Shown one piece after another: positions 1 to 7,544 of a stretch of DNA of 64,000 nt. Source of the stretch: a virus; IMG/VR virus record IMGVR_UViG_3300028027_000060, positions 6,062-70,061 of that record; one strand, 5' to 3'. How positions within the stretch are numbered: the first letter of the stretch is position 1; each line of letters starts with the position of its first letter. Made by a program: the position numbers and the translations under genes. The notes beneath the pieces were generated by a model. The model worked only from the letters and a program-made list of their open reading frames with translations, did not search any database and was not told the DNA's origin.

Positions 1-273
1 GAGGATGGTAAGTTCAAGAAGAACTTCGGCATCGAATACTCCAACTACCTCAAATTCCTGTACGACTTCGAAGAGCCACGCGACTATGCCGATTCGGTTA
101 AGTCACAGGTTGCCCGATGGACTCGCGTGGTTGCTCGATACGCCAAGGGTGACAAGATTACCCCAAAGAACGCAGAGGTACGCGCCGAGATCGAGGCAGC
201 CGGATACAACTTCAATCAGATAGTAGAACAAGCCAACAAGTTTGGCGTAACAGAAGAAGAAGAAGAAATTTAA
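1..273 (+). CDS. 5'-truncated hypothetical protein (C-terminal part, acidic tail)
   Basis: Frame 1 is open from base 1 (EDGKFKKNFGIEY...VTEEEEEI*) with phage-like codon usage; absent from the ORF track because there is no start in the window. Confidence 0.75.
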   Translation, partial: EDGKFKKNFGIEYSNYLKFLYDFEEPRDYADSVKSQVARWTRVVARYAKGDKITPKNAEVRAEIEAAGYNFNQIVEQANKFGVTEEEEEI

Positions 274-284
274 TAACAAACCAA

Positions 285-506
285 ATGATAATCGAAACAC
301 TTTACAACGTGGGGGATATGGTATATTTCCTACACAACAACAAGATGATGCACATCGCAATCTACAAGCAAGACATCAACCTGTACGAAGACCGCATCAG
401 CACCTACCTAATCTTCAAGGATGGGGACGACATCATCGTCAAGCCGCAAGATCAAGTCTACACGACACAAGAAGAATTAATCCAATCAATAACTCAAGCA
501 GCATGA
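285..506 (+). CDS. hypothetical protein (IET.YNVGD.VY family)
   Basis: A-rich leader; ATGA overlap with the next gene. Confidence 0.75.
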   Translation: MIIETLYNVGDMVYFLHNNKMMHIAIYKQDINLYEDRISTYLIFKDGDDIIVKPQDQVYTTQEELIQSITQAA

Positions 507-739
507 GAATCCAAATTGAAACGGGTGTACCCGTACCAACAACAACAACACGAAAGTCAAAGTACCCGTTCCGCGACATGGAGGTAGGAAACTCCTTCTT
601 TGTCAACGAGAAGCTAGACGTCAAGCGTATGCAACAGAAGCTAGCGGCTGCGGCCTCCATGTTCTGTAGAAAGAATCCAGACCACAAGTTCAAGACGCAG
701 GCGTTCCCCGCAGGCGTCCGCTTATGGAGGGTTGCATGA
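503..739 (+). CDS. small basic phage protein (KYPF..M.VG.SF family)
   Basis: Motifs SKYPFRDMEVGNSFFV and GVRLWRV; coupled at both ends. Confidence 0.75.
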   Translation: MRIQIETGVPVPTTTTRKSKYPFRDMEVGNSFFVNEKLDVKRMQQKLAAAASMFCRKNPDHKFKTQAFPAGVRLWRVA

Positions 740-1167
740 AGCACAACGCAGTGATCACACCACAGGGGGCGTTACGAATCTACGACCGCCCCCTCTTCGA
801 AGAGCAAGTCAGAGCCATGTCCCGTGATAAGGACTTGGCTGTGACCATCGAAGTCAAACTGAAGAAACGCTTCCGCTCTGATGTGCAGAACGCTTACTAT
901 TGGGGAGTTGTTATTGCGATGATAGTGGAAAGGCTACGGGAGCTTGGGCATGACATCGACCGCGACCTTGCCCATGAGTTCCTCAAAGGCCGTTTCCTTT
1001 ATTCTGAGTTGACCGACCCGAACTCCGGAGAGGTGATGAAGATTCCACGCAAAACGTCGGAACTTGCAACGGAGGAATTTATTGAGTACATGGAACACGT
1101 CAAGCAGTTTGCTGCTGAGACGCTCGACATTTACATTCCCGACCCGAACGAACAACTTGAGATATGA
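736..1167 (+). CDS. NinB/YbcN-like recombination protein
   Basis: RSDVQNAYYW and TSEL..EEF.EY.E motifs; start placed at the ATGA overlap (736). Confidence 0.75.
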   Translation: MKHNAVITPQGALRIYDRPLFEEQVRAMSRDKDLAVTIEVKLKKRFRSDVQNAYYWGVVIAMIVERLRELGHDIDRDLAHEFLKGRFLYSELTDPNSGEVMKIPRKTSELATEEFIEYMEHVKQFAAETLDIYIPDPNEQLEI

Positions 1168-1400
1168 GGTACGAGATAGACAAGCAGATGCGCATCAGTT
1201 TTTGGCAGCAGGTAGCCGAATTTTACGCTGAAGACAAGGGTTGGGATGTTAGGTTCATCACGCCATATCAGATACGTTTAACGGGCGCTAATGCAAGGGT
1301 TGATTTGTACCCTGTGGGACAAAAGGTAAACCTAGTAGGGACTCTTGAATACACGGTGATTGAAGATATCGAGGCTTTTATCAATAACCTCTCTCTTTAG
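1164..1400 (+). CDS. hypothetical protein
   Basis: ATGA coupling to the NinB-like gene. Confidence 0.65.
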   Translation: MRYEIDKQMRISFWQQVAEFYAEDKGWDVRFITPYQIRLTGANARVDLYPVGQKVNLVGTLEYTVIEDIEAFINNLSL

Positions 1401-1496
1401 GGCACACCCCCCTTCTTACCGCCTGAAATAACCCTTGCTCAGAGTTAGATCAAAGACGATTTTCCCCAACTTCAAGCAAGGTGGGTACGAGCCAAT

Positions 1497-1751
1497 TCAA
1501 CTTATCCGCTTACCGCAACGGAATCCAAAGCCATTTGGGTTTACTTTCAGTATGGTGTTAGTTGTCGGGGGTGGGGACAGAGCTAAATTGTCCATCGTTA
1601 GATGGTGGCTTGGATTGATCTCCCCTGCTTGGTCAAGTCCTGTAAAGGCAAGTTTCAAGTGGGGCTTGTGTTGGATGACAATGAATCTTTCATTCTCCGA
1701 CAGAGACTGCTTGGGCGGAACGGGTGAAACACTTTTAAGACCGTGGTACAT
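1497..1751 (-). CDS. possible hypothetical protein downstream of a kissing-loop leader
   Basis: ATG follows the terminator U-tract as in the leader at 53790-53902; the protein is not recognisable. Confidence 0.3.
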   Translation of the reverse strand: MYHGLKSVSPVPPKQSLSENERFIVIQHKPHLKLAFTGLDQAGEINPSHHLTMDNLALSPPPTTNTILKVNPNGFGFRCGKRIS

Positions 1752-1852
1752 AAATAAAAAAAGCCCTCGTTGGAGAGACCGAGGGCAATTTTTATAAGAA
1801 GTATTTTCTTACTCCCCATATTGCGCCGCTCTCCAACACCGCAATACGAGGA
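1752..1852 (-). ncRNA. structured leader/attenuator with kissing-loop terminator (copy 1)
   Basis: Hairpin TATTGCG/CGCAATA with TTGGAGAG in its loop; middle hairpin TAAGAA/TTCTTA; terminator GCCCTCG/CGAGGGC-T7 with CTCTCCAA in its loop. Confidence 0.65.
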
Positions 1853-1857
1853 TGAGA

Positions 1858-1865
1858 CAAATGTA
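1858..1865 (-). promoter_or_regulatory. Bacteroidota -7 promoter element TACATTTG
   Basis: Matches TAnnTTTG; divergent from the element at 1922. Confidence 0.7.
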
Positions 1866-1921
1866 TGGCGACCGCAACACGGAAGTCAAAAAAAATAATT
1901 GCATTAACAACACACACAAGT

Positions 1922-1929
1922 TATCTTTG
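1922..1929 (+). promoter_or_regulatory. Bacteroidota -7 promoter element TATCTTTG (near-leaderless transcript)
   Basis: TAnnTTTG with TTGC about 20 nt upstream; ATG at 1934. Confidence 0.7.
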
Positions 1930-1933
1930 TAAA

Positions 1934-2311
1934 ATGAAACAACAAATCGAACAACTAAAGCAGTGGAACAACGCCACGGGCATTGCAACACCGAACAAGA
2001 TTAGCGCACTAAACGATGAGCGCATGACCCTTAGATTCGCCCTGATGGAGGAGGAGAACCTTGAGTACATGAGGGCGAGGAGCTACACGGACATAGCCGA
2101 CGCGCTGGGCGATATGCTCTACGTCCTTGTGGGGACGATTGTGGAGCATGGCCTTTCGGACAAGATAGAGGCCGTCTTCGACGAGATACACCGAAGCAAC
2201 ATGACCAAGGTCGTGGACGGCAAGGTGAAGAGACGAGAAGATGGGAAGATACTCAAGCCCGAAGGATATGAGAAGCCAAACCTTAAACCAATACTGGAGG
2301 ACTCGATATGA
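1934..2311 (+). CDS. MazG-like (DR2231/PRA-PH type) NTP pyrophosphohydrolase
   Basis: EE..E, DALGD.LYV..G, EIHRSNMTK and R.DGKILKP motifs; start reassigned from 1865 to 1934. Confidence 0.85.
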   Translation: MKQQIEQLKQWNNATGIATPNKISALNDERMTLRFALMEEENLEYMRARSYTDIADALGDMLYVLVGTIVEHGLSDKIEAVFDEIHRSNMTKVVDGKVKRREDGKILKPEGYEKPNLKPILEDSI

Positions 2312-2538
2312 AAAAACAAACAGCAGTAGAATTTTTAGGACACGAATTAAATGTCAAACTATTTTATGACATCAGTCCTGAATTATGGGAGCAAGTCAAT
2401 GAGATTTTCAAGCAAGCCAAAGCAATGGAGAAGGAGCAGATGATTGTTTTTTATTGGGGAGGATATGATAATGGGTATATAGATAATGGTAAGTTAGGAG
2501 AAGAATACTACAACGAAACATACGGAGGTGACAAATGA
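2308..2538 (+). CDS. hypothetical protein (QTAVE.L...AKAMEKEQ...YYNETY family)
   Basis: Paralog of 2987-3259. Confidence 0.75.
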   Translation: MKKQTAVEFLGHELNVKLFYDISPELWEQVNEIFKQAKAMEKEQMIVFYWGGYDNGYIDNGKLGEEYYNETYGGDK

Positions 2539-2762
2539 CAATAGCACAGCGGTTAAACATCAAAGATTTTCCCTTTGTTGTCAGAGACAGCGGGGACAGA
2601 ATTATTTATTACGAAAACAGCGACCATTTTTGGGAGATAAACGAATACGAACAAAGTGGAAAGCAGATCTATTACGAAAACAGCGAGGGGTTAATTGAAG
2701 ACTACCGCCCCAAGCCCGAAGCCAATATACTAGGCCACTGGCATAAAGGAGTTGACAAATGA
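2535..2762 (+). CDS. hypothetical protein with IYYENS repeats
   Basis: Two IYYENS units; ATGA coupling. Confidence 0.7.
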   Translation: MTIAQRLNIKDFPFVVRDSGDRIIYYENSDHFWEINEYEQSGKQIYYENSEGLIEDYRPKPEANILGHWHKGVDK

Positions 2763-2980
2763 AAAAGAAAGTAGACTTTTACCAAGTTCCCAAGAACGAA
2801 TGGCAGATGCCAATCGAGAAGGGATACAAGATGGCCTGTTGCGACTGCGGACTTGTCCACGTCATGGACTTCAAGGTGATTGACCCAGACACCAACAAGG
2901 TAATCAAGAACGCACGGACGATCCTCAGAGCAAGAAGGCATGAGACGTTGACCAAGCAGCTCAGAAAAAACAAATACTGA
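2759..2980 (+). CDS. hypothetical metal-binding protein
   Basis: CCDCGLVH motif. Confidence 0.7.
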   Translation: MKKKVDFYQVPKNEWQMPIEKGYKMACCDCGLVHVMDFKVIDPDTNKVIKNARTILRARRHETLTKQLRKNKY

Positions 2981-2986
2981 AAGAAT

Positions 2987-3259
2987 ATGAATGAACAAAC
3001 AGCAATAGAATGGCTAGTGGAGCAGGTCAACAGCGACTGCCTAAACTCCGCGTTTATCAGACCAGAACTGATTAGGAAGGCCAAGGCAATGGAACGCGAG
3101 CAAATTGAAGCCGCGTTCAATTCAGGGACTAACTTTGACGCATACAGGCTAGACTGCCCCGCAGGGTATGCCTATTACGAGACGATGTACGAGAAGCGTA
3201 AGGTCATGATGGGTGACCTGAAGGACTTCTTTAACTTCAGCAAATACAAAAAAAAATAA
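2987..3259 (+). CDS. hypothetical protein (QTAIEWL...AKAMEREQ family)
   Basis: Paralog of 2308-2538. Confidence 0.75.
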   Translation: MNEQTAIEWLVEQVNSDCLNSAFIRPELIRKAKAMEREQIEAAFNSGTNFDAYRLDCPAGYAYYETMYEKRKVMMGDLKDFFNFSKYKKK

Positions 3260-3267
3260 CTTAAACT

Positions 3268-3546
3268 ATGATCAAGATTTCAGACAAGCCGACCAAGCAG
3301 GTCGAACACTTCGCAGGGACAATCACGATGTGCTTCCCTGGTGTTAAGAATAAGGAATGGACGTTTACGGTCTTGCGTACAACGAACGGAGTCACTACCT
3401 TTGACGTAGAAATCAACGACAAACAATTCGGTGAACACTTTGAAGAGTACAAGGACTCGATCCCTTTCTGTATCGAAACGCTCAAGGAGACCGTCAAGGC
3501 GAACTTGGCTAAGGAACAGGCAGAGTGGAAACCCGCAGGAAAATAA
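3268..3546 (+). CDS. hypothetical protein
   Basis: A-rich leader and codon usage. Confidence 0.65.
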   Translation: MIKISDKPTKQVEHFAGTITMCFPGVKNKEWTFTVLRTTNGVTTFDVEINDKQFGEHFEEYKDSIPFCIETLKETVKANLAKEQAEWKPAGK

Positions 3547-3554
3547 CACAGCCC

Positions 3555-4094
3555 ATGAAGGAGAGGAGTAAGAAGTGCAGAATCTGTAGACAGGAGTTCA
3601 TTCCTAAGTACAGCACCATGCAAGCAACGTGTGAGAACATCGAGTGCATGATCGCATACTCCTCCAAGCAGAAGGACAAGAAGGTTAGGCGAGAACTCAA
3701 GGAGGTCAAGGAGCGCAACAAGTCCGTGTCCCAATGGCGGAAAGAACTACAGCAGGTGTTCAACCAATTCATTAGGCTCAGAGACCAAGGCAAGGGGTGC
3801 ATCAGCTGCGGCAAACAACTACAGGGCAAGTATGACGCAGGTCATTTTTATTCCGTGGGATCGTACCCTAACCTCCGGTTCCACGAGTCGAATGTTTTCG
3901 GACAGTGTGTGGGCTGTAACCAGCACAAGCATGGCAACCTCCTTGAGTACGCCATAGGCATTGAGAGGCGCATAGGCAAGACCAAGCTAGAGGAATTGAA
4001 GTCGTTACGCAACGACCGCCTTAGCCTACCGCTCGACAAGATAAAGGAATTGATATACTACTACAAAGACAAGGTAAAAGAACTAAAAAAATGA
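3555..4094 (+). CDS. NinG/Rap-like endonuclease
   Basis: FN.FIRLRD..CISCG, DAGHF, LRFHE.N..QC..CN..GN motifs; N-terminal CxxC. Confidence 0.9.
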   Translation: MKERSKKCRICRQEFIPKYSTMQATCENIECMIAYSSKQKDKKVRRELKEVKERNKSVSQWRKELQQVFNQFIRLRDQGKGCISCGKQLQGKYDAGHFYSVGSYPNLRFHESNVFGQCVGCNQHKHGNLLEYAIGIERRIGKTKLEELKSLRNDRLSLPLDKIKELIYYYKDKVKELKK

Positions 4095-4141
4095 TCGAAT
4101 CACCAACCTGGGAAGACCTGGGTTACGCTAACTTTGAATAA
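4091..4141 (+). CDS. 16-aa microprotein MIESPTWEDLGYANFE
   Basis: ATGA overlap with the NinG stop and TAATG overlap with the next start. Confidence 0.55.
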   Translation: MIESPTWEDLGYANFE

Positions 4142-4539
4142 TGGACAAGACCAAAAACATTTACACCCTGATCGTACTCGCGCTCTCCGTGGTAATACTC
4201 TGCGGCATATTCTTCATGGTCTTCCACATGGGAAGCATCGAGAAGAGTTCAGAGAACGAGTCCGTAGCCATCGAAAGGCTACACCAACTTAACGAGAAGT
4301 ACCAGTCTCAGATGGACTCCAACCTCGTGATCATAAGCGCCACCAAGGAAGCCCTTGACTCGTTTATCGTACAAGACCAGCAGCAGTTCGTCATGGAGCA
4401 GGAACGCATCGACAAGGCACAAAAAATTGTTTCACGAATACCAAAAATGTCAAATGACTCACTTAAAACACTTTACGTTAACTCTTGGAATTATCTTCTT
4501 AACGAGTATCGTACAGGGCGTCTACGCCCAGCCAACTAG
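4141..4539 (+). CDS. membrane-anchored coiled-coil protein, i-spanin-like
   Basis: N-terminal TM segment then heptad coil; overlaps the next gene. Confidence 0.55.
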   Translation: MDKTKNIYTLIVLALSVVILCGIFFMVFHMGSIEKSSENESVAIERLHQLNEKYQSQMDSNLVIISATKEALDSFIVQDQQQFVMEQERIDKAQKIVSRIPKMSNDSLKTLYVNSWNYLLNEYRTGRLRPAN

Positions 4540-4867
4540 CCCACAGCTTCCACGAGAGGCACAGGAGGTAATATCCTCAGCGGCCGAGACCATCCGTCAG
4601 GACAAGATAACCATCGAGTCCCGGTCAGTCCGCATACAGCAGATGCGTGAGCAGCTGACCACCGCACAGCAGGCGTTAGACCTCGCCATAAAGAACGGAG
4701 AACTGTGCGAGGAGGTACGCAAGAACCAACAGGCAGAGATTAAGTTCCTTGAGATGTCTTACAACGACATGAAGCACGAGATGAAGAAGGAACGCCGTAG
4801 AAAAATATTTTGGAAATGTACATCGGTAGCCTTGGTAGGCCTATCGTTGTATTCATTGTTGTTATAG
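4454..4867 (+). CDS. secreted coiled-coil protein with C-terminal TM, spanin-partner-like
   Basis: Signal peptide ending VYA-Q from ATG 4454, coiled coil, hydrophobic C-terminus. Confidence 0.55.
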   Translation: MTHLKHFTLTLGIIFLTSIVQGVYAQPTSPQLPREAQEVISSAAETIRQDKITIESRSVRIQQMREQLTTAQQALDLAIKNGELCEEVRKNQQAEIKFLEMSYNDMKHEMKKERRRKIFWKCTSVALVGLSLYSLLL

Positions 4868-4882
4868 TTGTTATAGTTGTTT

Positions 4883-4918
4883 AAGGGGGGTGGCCTAGCG
4901 TGGCTGCCCCTTTTTTTT
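4883..4918 (+). terminator. intrinsic terminator
   Basis: GGGGTGGCC/GGCTGCCCC stem followed by T8. Confidence 0.75.
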
Positions 4919-4951
4919 GTAAATTAGCATCGCGAATTAATAAATAATCAA

Positions 4952-6019
4952 ATGTCAAACATTCAGAAAGCACTAGAGGTGTTAGACCTCCCACAGGAAT
5001 TTGCACAATATGATGGGCAAATCCAGACCCGTACCCAACGCCAGGCGTGGATCTACGAGGTAACAGACATCACATCATCACCAACCCGCGTGTACTACAC
5101 GATGGAGATTGCTCCAGACAAGAACGAACTCTTTGGTATGTACCCGCTCAACTACCTTGCAAACGTCATCCATCAGATGGGATTCGTGTACGAGGGACAG
5201 GACGATAACGGCGTGGCAATTATGACCAAGCCAGCCGCATTCGTAAAACATGAGGCTCCAAGCGGACTTGCAGGGCAGACCGTCTACTACGTGTGGACTC
5301 AAGTCAAGGCAAGCGAAGAAGGCATAGACTTTATTGCCGAGCCATATGAAACGACTTGGAAGGGCGTGGCCGACGACATGAAAGACCCGATGATCCGTAT
5401 TGGATACAAGGCACGTCTGGTGAAGAAAGGATCAGACGGAAAGCCGATGGTGGCGTGGACGTCTAAGTACGCAATTAATCCAAAGCGCCGCATCCGTCGT
5501 GCTGAGTTCATGCAGATGATTAATATGTCTATGGAGGACTTTATGTACCAGACCCGATGGACTTGGAACCGTGTCGCTACAGACCCTGCAACCCACATCA
5601 ACAACATCGCAATGGACGTGGAGCCATTGGAGGGCGGCAAGTTGAAGAGCGTGTTCTACATCAACGGACAGGACGCACAGACCTTCGACTACAAGAAGCT
5701 CATCACATCGTTCAACAAGACCTACAGCGGATACATCTGGATGTGGCGCCTGTACAACGGCGTAGACCCAAAGATTGCGGACAACGCATACGGAAGCACG
5801 TTGAACATTGGCATCGACCCTATGGCCGACTCCACCATCACGCTTGTTTCTGGCAAGACCAACGGATGGGACGCCAAGACCAAGACTTTGACGTACAACC
5901 CAGACCTCACCACCGAGGCGCAGATCCTCGCATACATGGAGTTCCTTCCCGCAACAGGAAAGAACGAATGTGTCGGGCGGATGTACAGCCTCGAACAAGA
6001 CCACGAGTTTATATGGTAA
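4952..6019 (+). CDS. hypothetical 355-aa stand-alone (moron-like) protein
   Basis: Long ORF with strong codon bias, promoter-like TAAATTAG (4920-4927) and its own terminator. Confidence 0.8.
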   Translation: MSNIQKALEVLDLPQEFAQYDGQIQTRTQRQAWIYEVTDITSSPTRVYYTMEIAPDKNELFGMYPLNYLANVIHQMGFVYEGQDDNGVAIMTKPAAFVKHEAPSGLAGQTVYYVWTQVKASEEGIDFIAEPYETTWKGVADDMKDPMIRIGYKARLVKKGSDGKPMVAWTSKYAINPKRRIRRAEFMQMINMSMEDFMYQTRWTWNRVATDPATHINNIAMDVEPLEGGKLKSVFYINGQDAQTFDYKKLITSFNKTYSGYIWMWRLYNGVDPKIADNAYGSTLNIGIDPMADSTITLVSGKTNGWDAKTKTLTYNPDLTTEAQILAYMEFLPATGKNECVGRMYSLEQDHEFIW

Positions 6020-6025
6020 CAAAAT

Positions 6026-6048
6026 GGGGGCAATCGCCCCCTTTTTTT
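6026..6048 (+). terminator. intrinsic terminator between convergent genes
   Basis: GGGGGC-AATC-GCCCCC-T7. Confidence 0.75.
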
Positions 6049-6631
6049 ATCTAAACTTTTCTGACTTCTTCCACCTCGTGATGTGGGTGTTCTTAGATAG
6101 CGGACGGATCTTGATATAGACGCCATCCCGTGACCGTGAGTCGCGCATCCCCTGCTCGTTGGTGTTGCCCTCTATTACTCGAATAGAATGCTCTCCAATG
6201 CGATCTATGATGCCGGTGTGGCCGATGCCTTTGTATCTTGACTTCTTGAAATTTGAGTATGTGTATGTGGCAACAAGGACATCGCCATCACGAAAGCTCT
6301 GATAAAATCTCCCATCTGTATAGATCACGTCTTTTTTGTTGTACGCGCTAGGACTCCAGCCCGTAATGGTATTCTCGATCCCACACTCGTCAAGGATTGC
6401 ACGAACGAAGAAGGCGCACCACGCGTAGCCGGGTCTCCAGCCCACGTTGTACATCATCTTCTGGAGTTCTTTGTCTCCGAATGCTTGGTTGTTACCTCCC
6501 TTCTCCCTTACACCTACAAAGGAAGCGGCAGTGGCGCGGACGCAGTAGCCGTCATTATCAGCCACAGTATAAACAGGAATGCTAAGAGCAAACCAAAGTA
6601 GACACAGATGTATAATACGATTCTTTGCCAC
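6047..6631 (-). CDS. CHAP-domain endolysin with N-terminal signal/TM segment
   Basis: AWCAFFV (catalytic Cys), GHTGI (His) and IEGNT motifs; hydrophobic N-terminus; GTG start. Confidence 0.85.
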   Translation of the reverse strand: MAKNRIIHLCLLWFALSIPVYTVADNDGYCVRATAASFVGVREKGGNNQAFGDKELQKMMYNVGWRPGYAWCAFFVRAILDECGIENTITGWSPSAYNKKDVIYTDGRFYQSFRDGDVLVATYTYSNFKKSRYKGIGHTGIIDRIGEHSIRVIEGNTNEQGMRDSRSRDGVYIKIRPLSKNTHITRWKKSEKFR

Positions 6632-6906
6632 GGTGATGAGTTATATTCTAGTTCCTCCTTAGCATACTTCGAGTAGAAGTAGTTCTGTAAACCACGGAAG
6701 TTAAAGAACCCGCCAAGGAACACCACAAAGTTAGCGAAAATCATGACAAGTGCGGCAAGAATTACCTGCTGAATGTACTCGATTGAGATCAGCCCGTCGC
6801 CAAAGTACTCGGCGCTGTATGACCCTGCGAGCAGGAATAGGAAGAACGCGACTGGGATAGACCACAAGCCGTCGAAGAGTTGGAGTTTGCGTAGTATCTT
6901 TTTCAT
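6514..6906 (-). CDS. holin-like membrane protein (3 TM)
   Basis: Three hydrophobic segments; directly upstream of and overlapping the endolysin. Confidence 0.6.
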   Translation of the reverse strand: MKKILRKLQLFDGLWSIPVAFFLFLLAGSYSAEYFGDGLISIEYIQQVILAALVMIFANFVVFLGGFFNFRGLQNYFYSKYAKEELEYNSSPWQRIVLYICVYFGLLLAFLFILWLIMTATASAPLPLPL

Positions 6907-6910
6907 GTAA

Positions 6911-6918
6911 CAAATATA
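6911..6918 (-). promoter_or_regulatory. -7 promoter element TATATTTG for the lysis genes (leaderless)
   Basis: TAnnTTTG 4 nt before ATG 6906. Confidence 0.65.
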
Positions 6919-6920
6919 AA

Positions 6921-7541
6921 CTATCCGAACGATATGCCGCTAACTGTTGGAGGCTGAGTTGCCATAACGTACCAGTTGTTACAGTTACTTACCGTGCCTT
7001 TGTAAGTCCACGCGGTTAGCCCTGCCGCCCCATTGATGTCCGTCACGTCGAGGTAGTCAATGTCCTGGTCGGTAACCCCGTTATTGAGCAGCGTGAATGT
7101 GCGCTGCGTCCCTGGGACCGAGGACCGCATGATTATAGATCCGGAAGGAGTTCCCTGAGAGGTCAACCCCTTGGACAAGACCCAAGTGTCGGCTATTTGA
7201 ATTGTTGTGCTAACGGTTATAAACCTGAGATTGACACCAAGCGTATGCCCTGCGGCGGTAAGCGTGGCGTTTGCGGACACGTCTAGGTTTCCCGTTCCTG
7301 TTGTGGTCATGCCACTTGACATGGTTATATTTCCAGCAACTATGAGGTTGGCATTTATCGTCAAGGTGTTGACATATCCCGTGCAGGTTAGGCTGAGTAA
7401 TGCATTTGTATTAGCACCCACCGTACACGCAGCAGAAGCGGCGTTGAATACGACATCATCCCCAGCAGCAGGCACACCTGCTGGAGTCCAGCTACCTGCT
7501 GTAGCCCATGTGCCAGTTCCTGTCCAAGTCTTAGTTGCCAT
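6921..7541 (-). CDS. beta-solenoid virion/tail-tip protein (short paralog)
   Basis: W.G...W.TA..W N-terminus; Gly/Thr/Ala rich; shares both termini with 7545-9320. Confidence 0.65.
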   Translation of the reverse strand: MATKTWTGTGTWATAGSWTPAGVPAAGDDVVFNAASAACTVGANTNALLSLTCTGYVNTLTINANLIVAGNITMSSGMTTTGTGNLDVSANATLTAAGHTLGVNLRFITVSTTIQIADTWVLSKGLTSQGTPSGSIIMRSSVPGTQRTFTLLNNGVTDQDIDYLDVTDINGAAGLTAWTYKGTVSNCNNWYVMATQPPTVSGISFG

Positions 7542-7544
7542 GCC

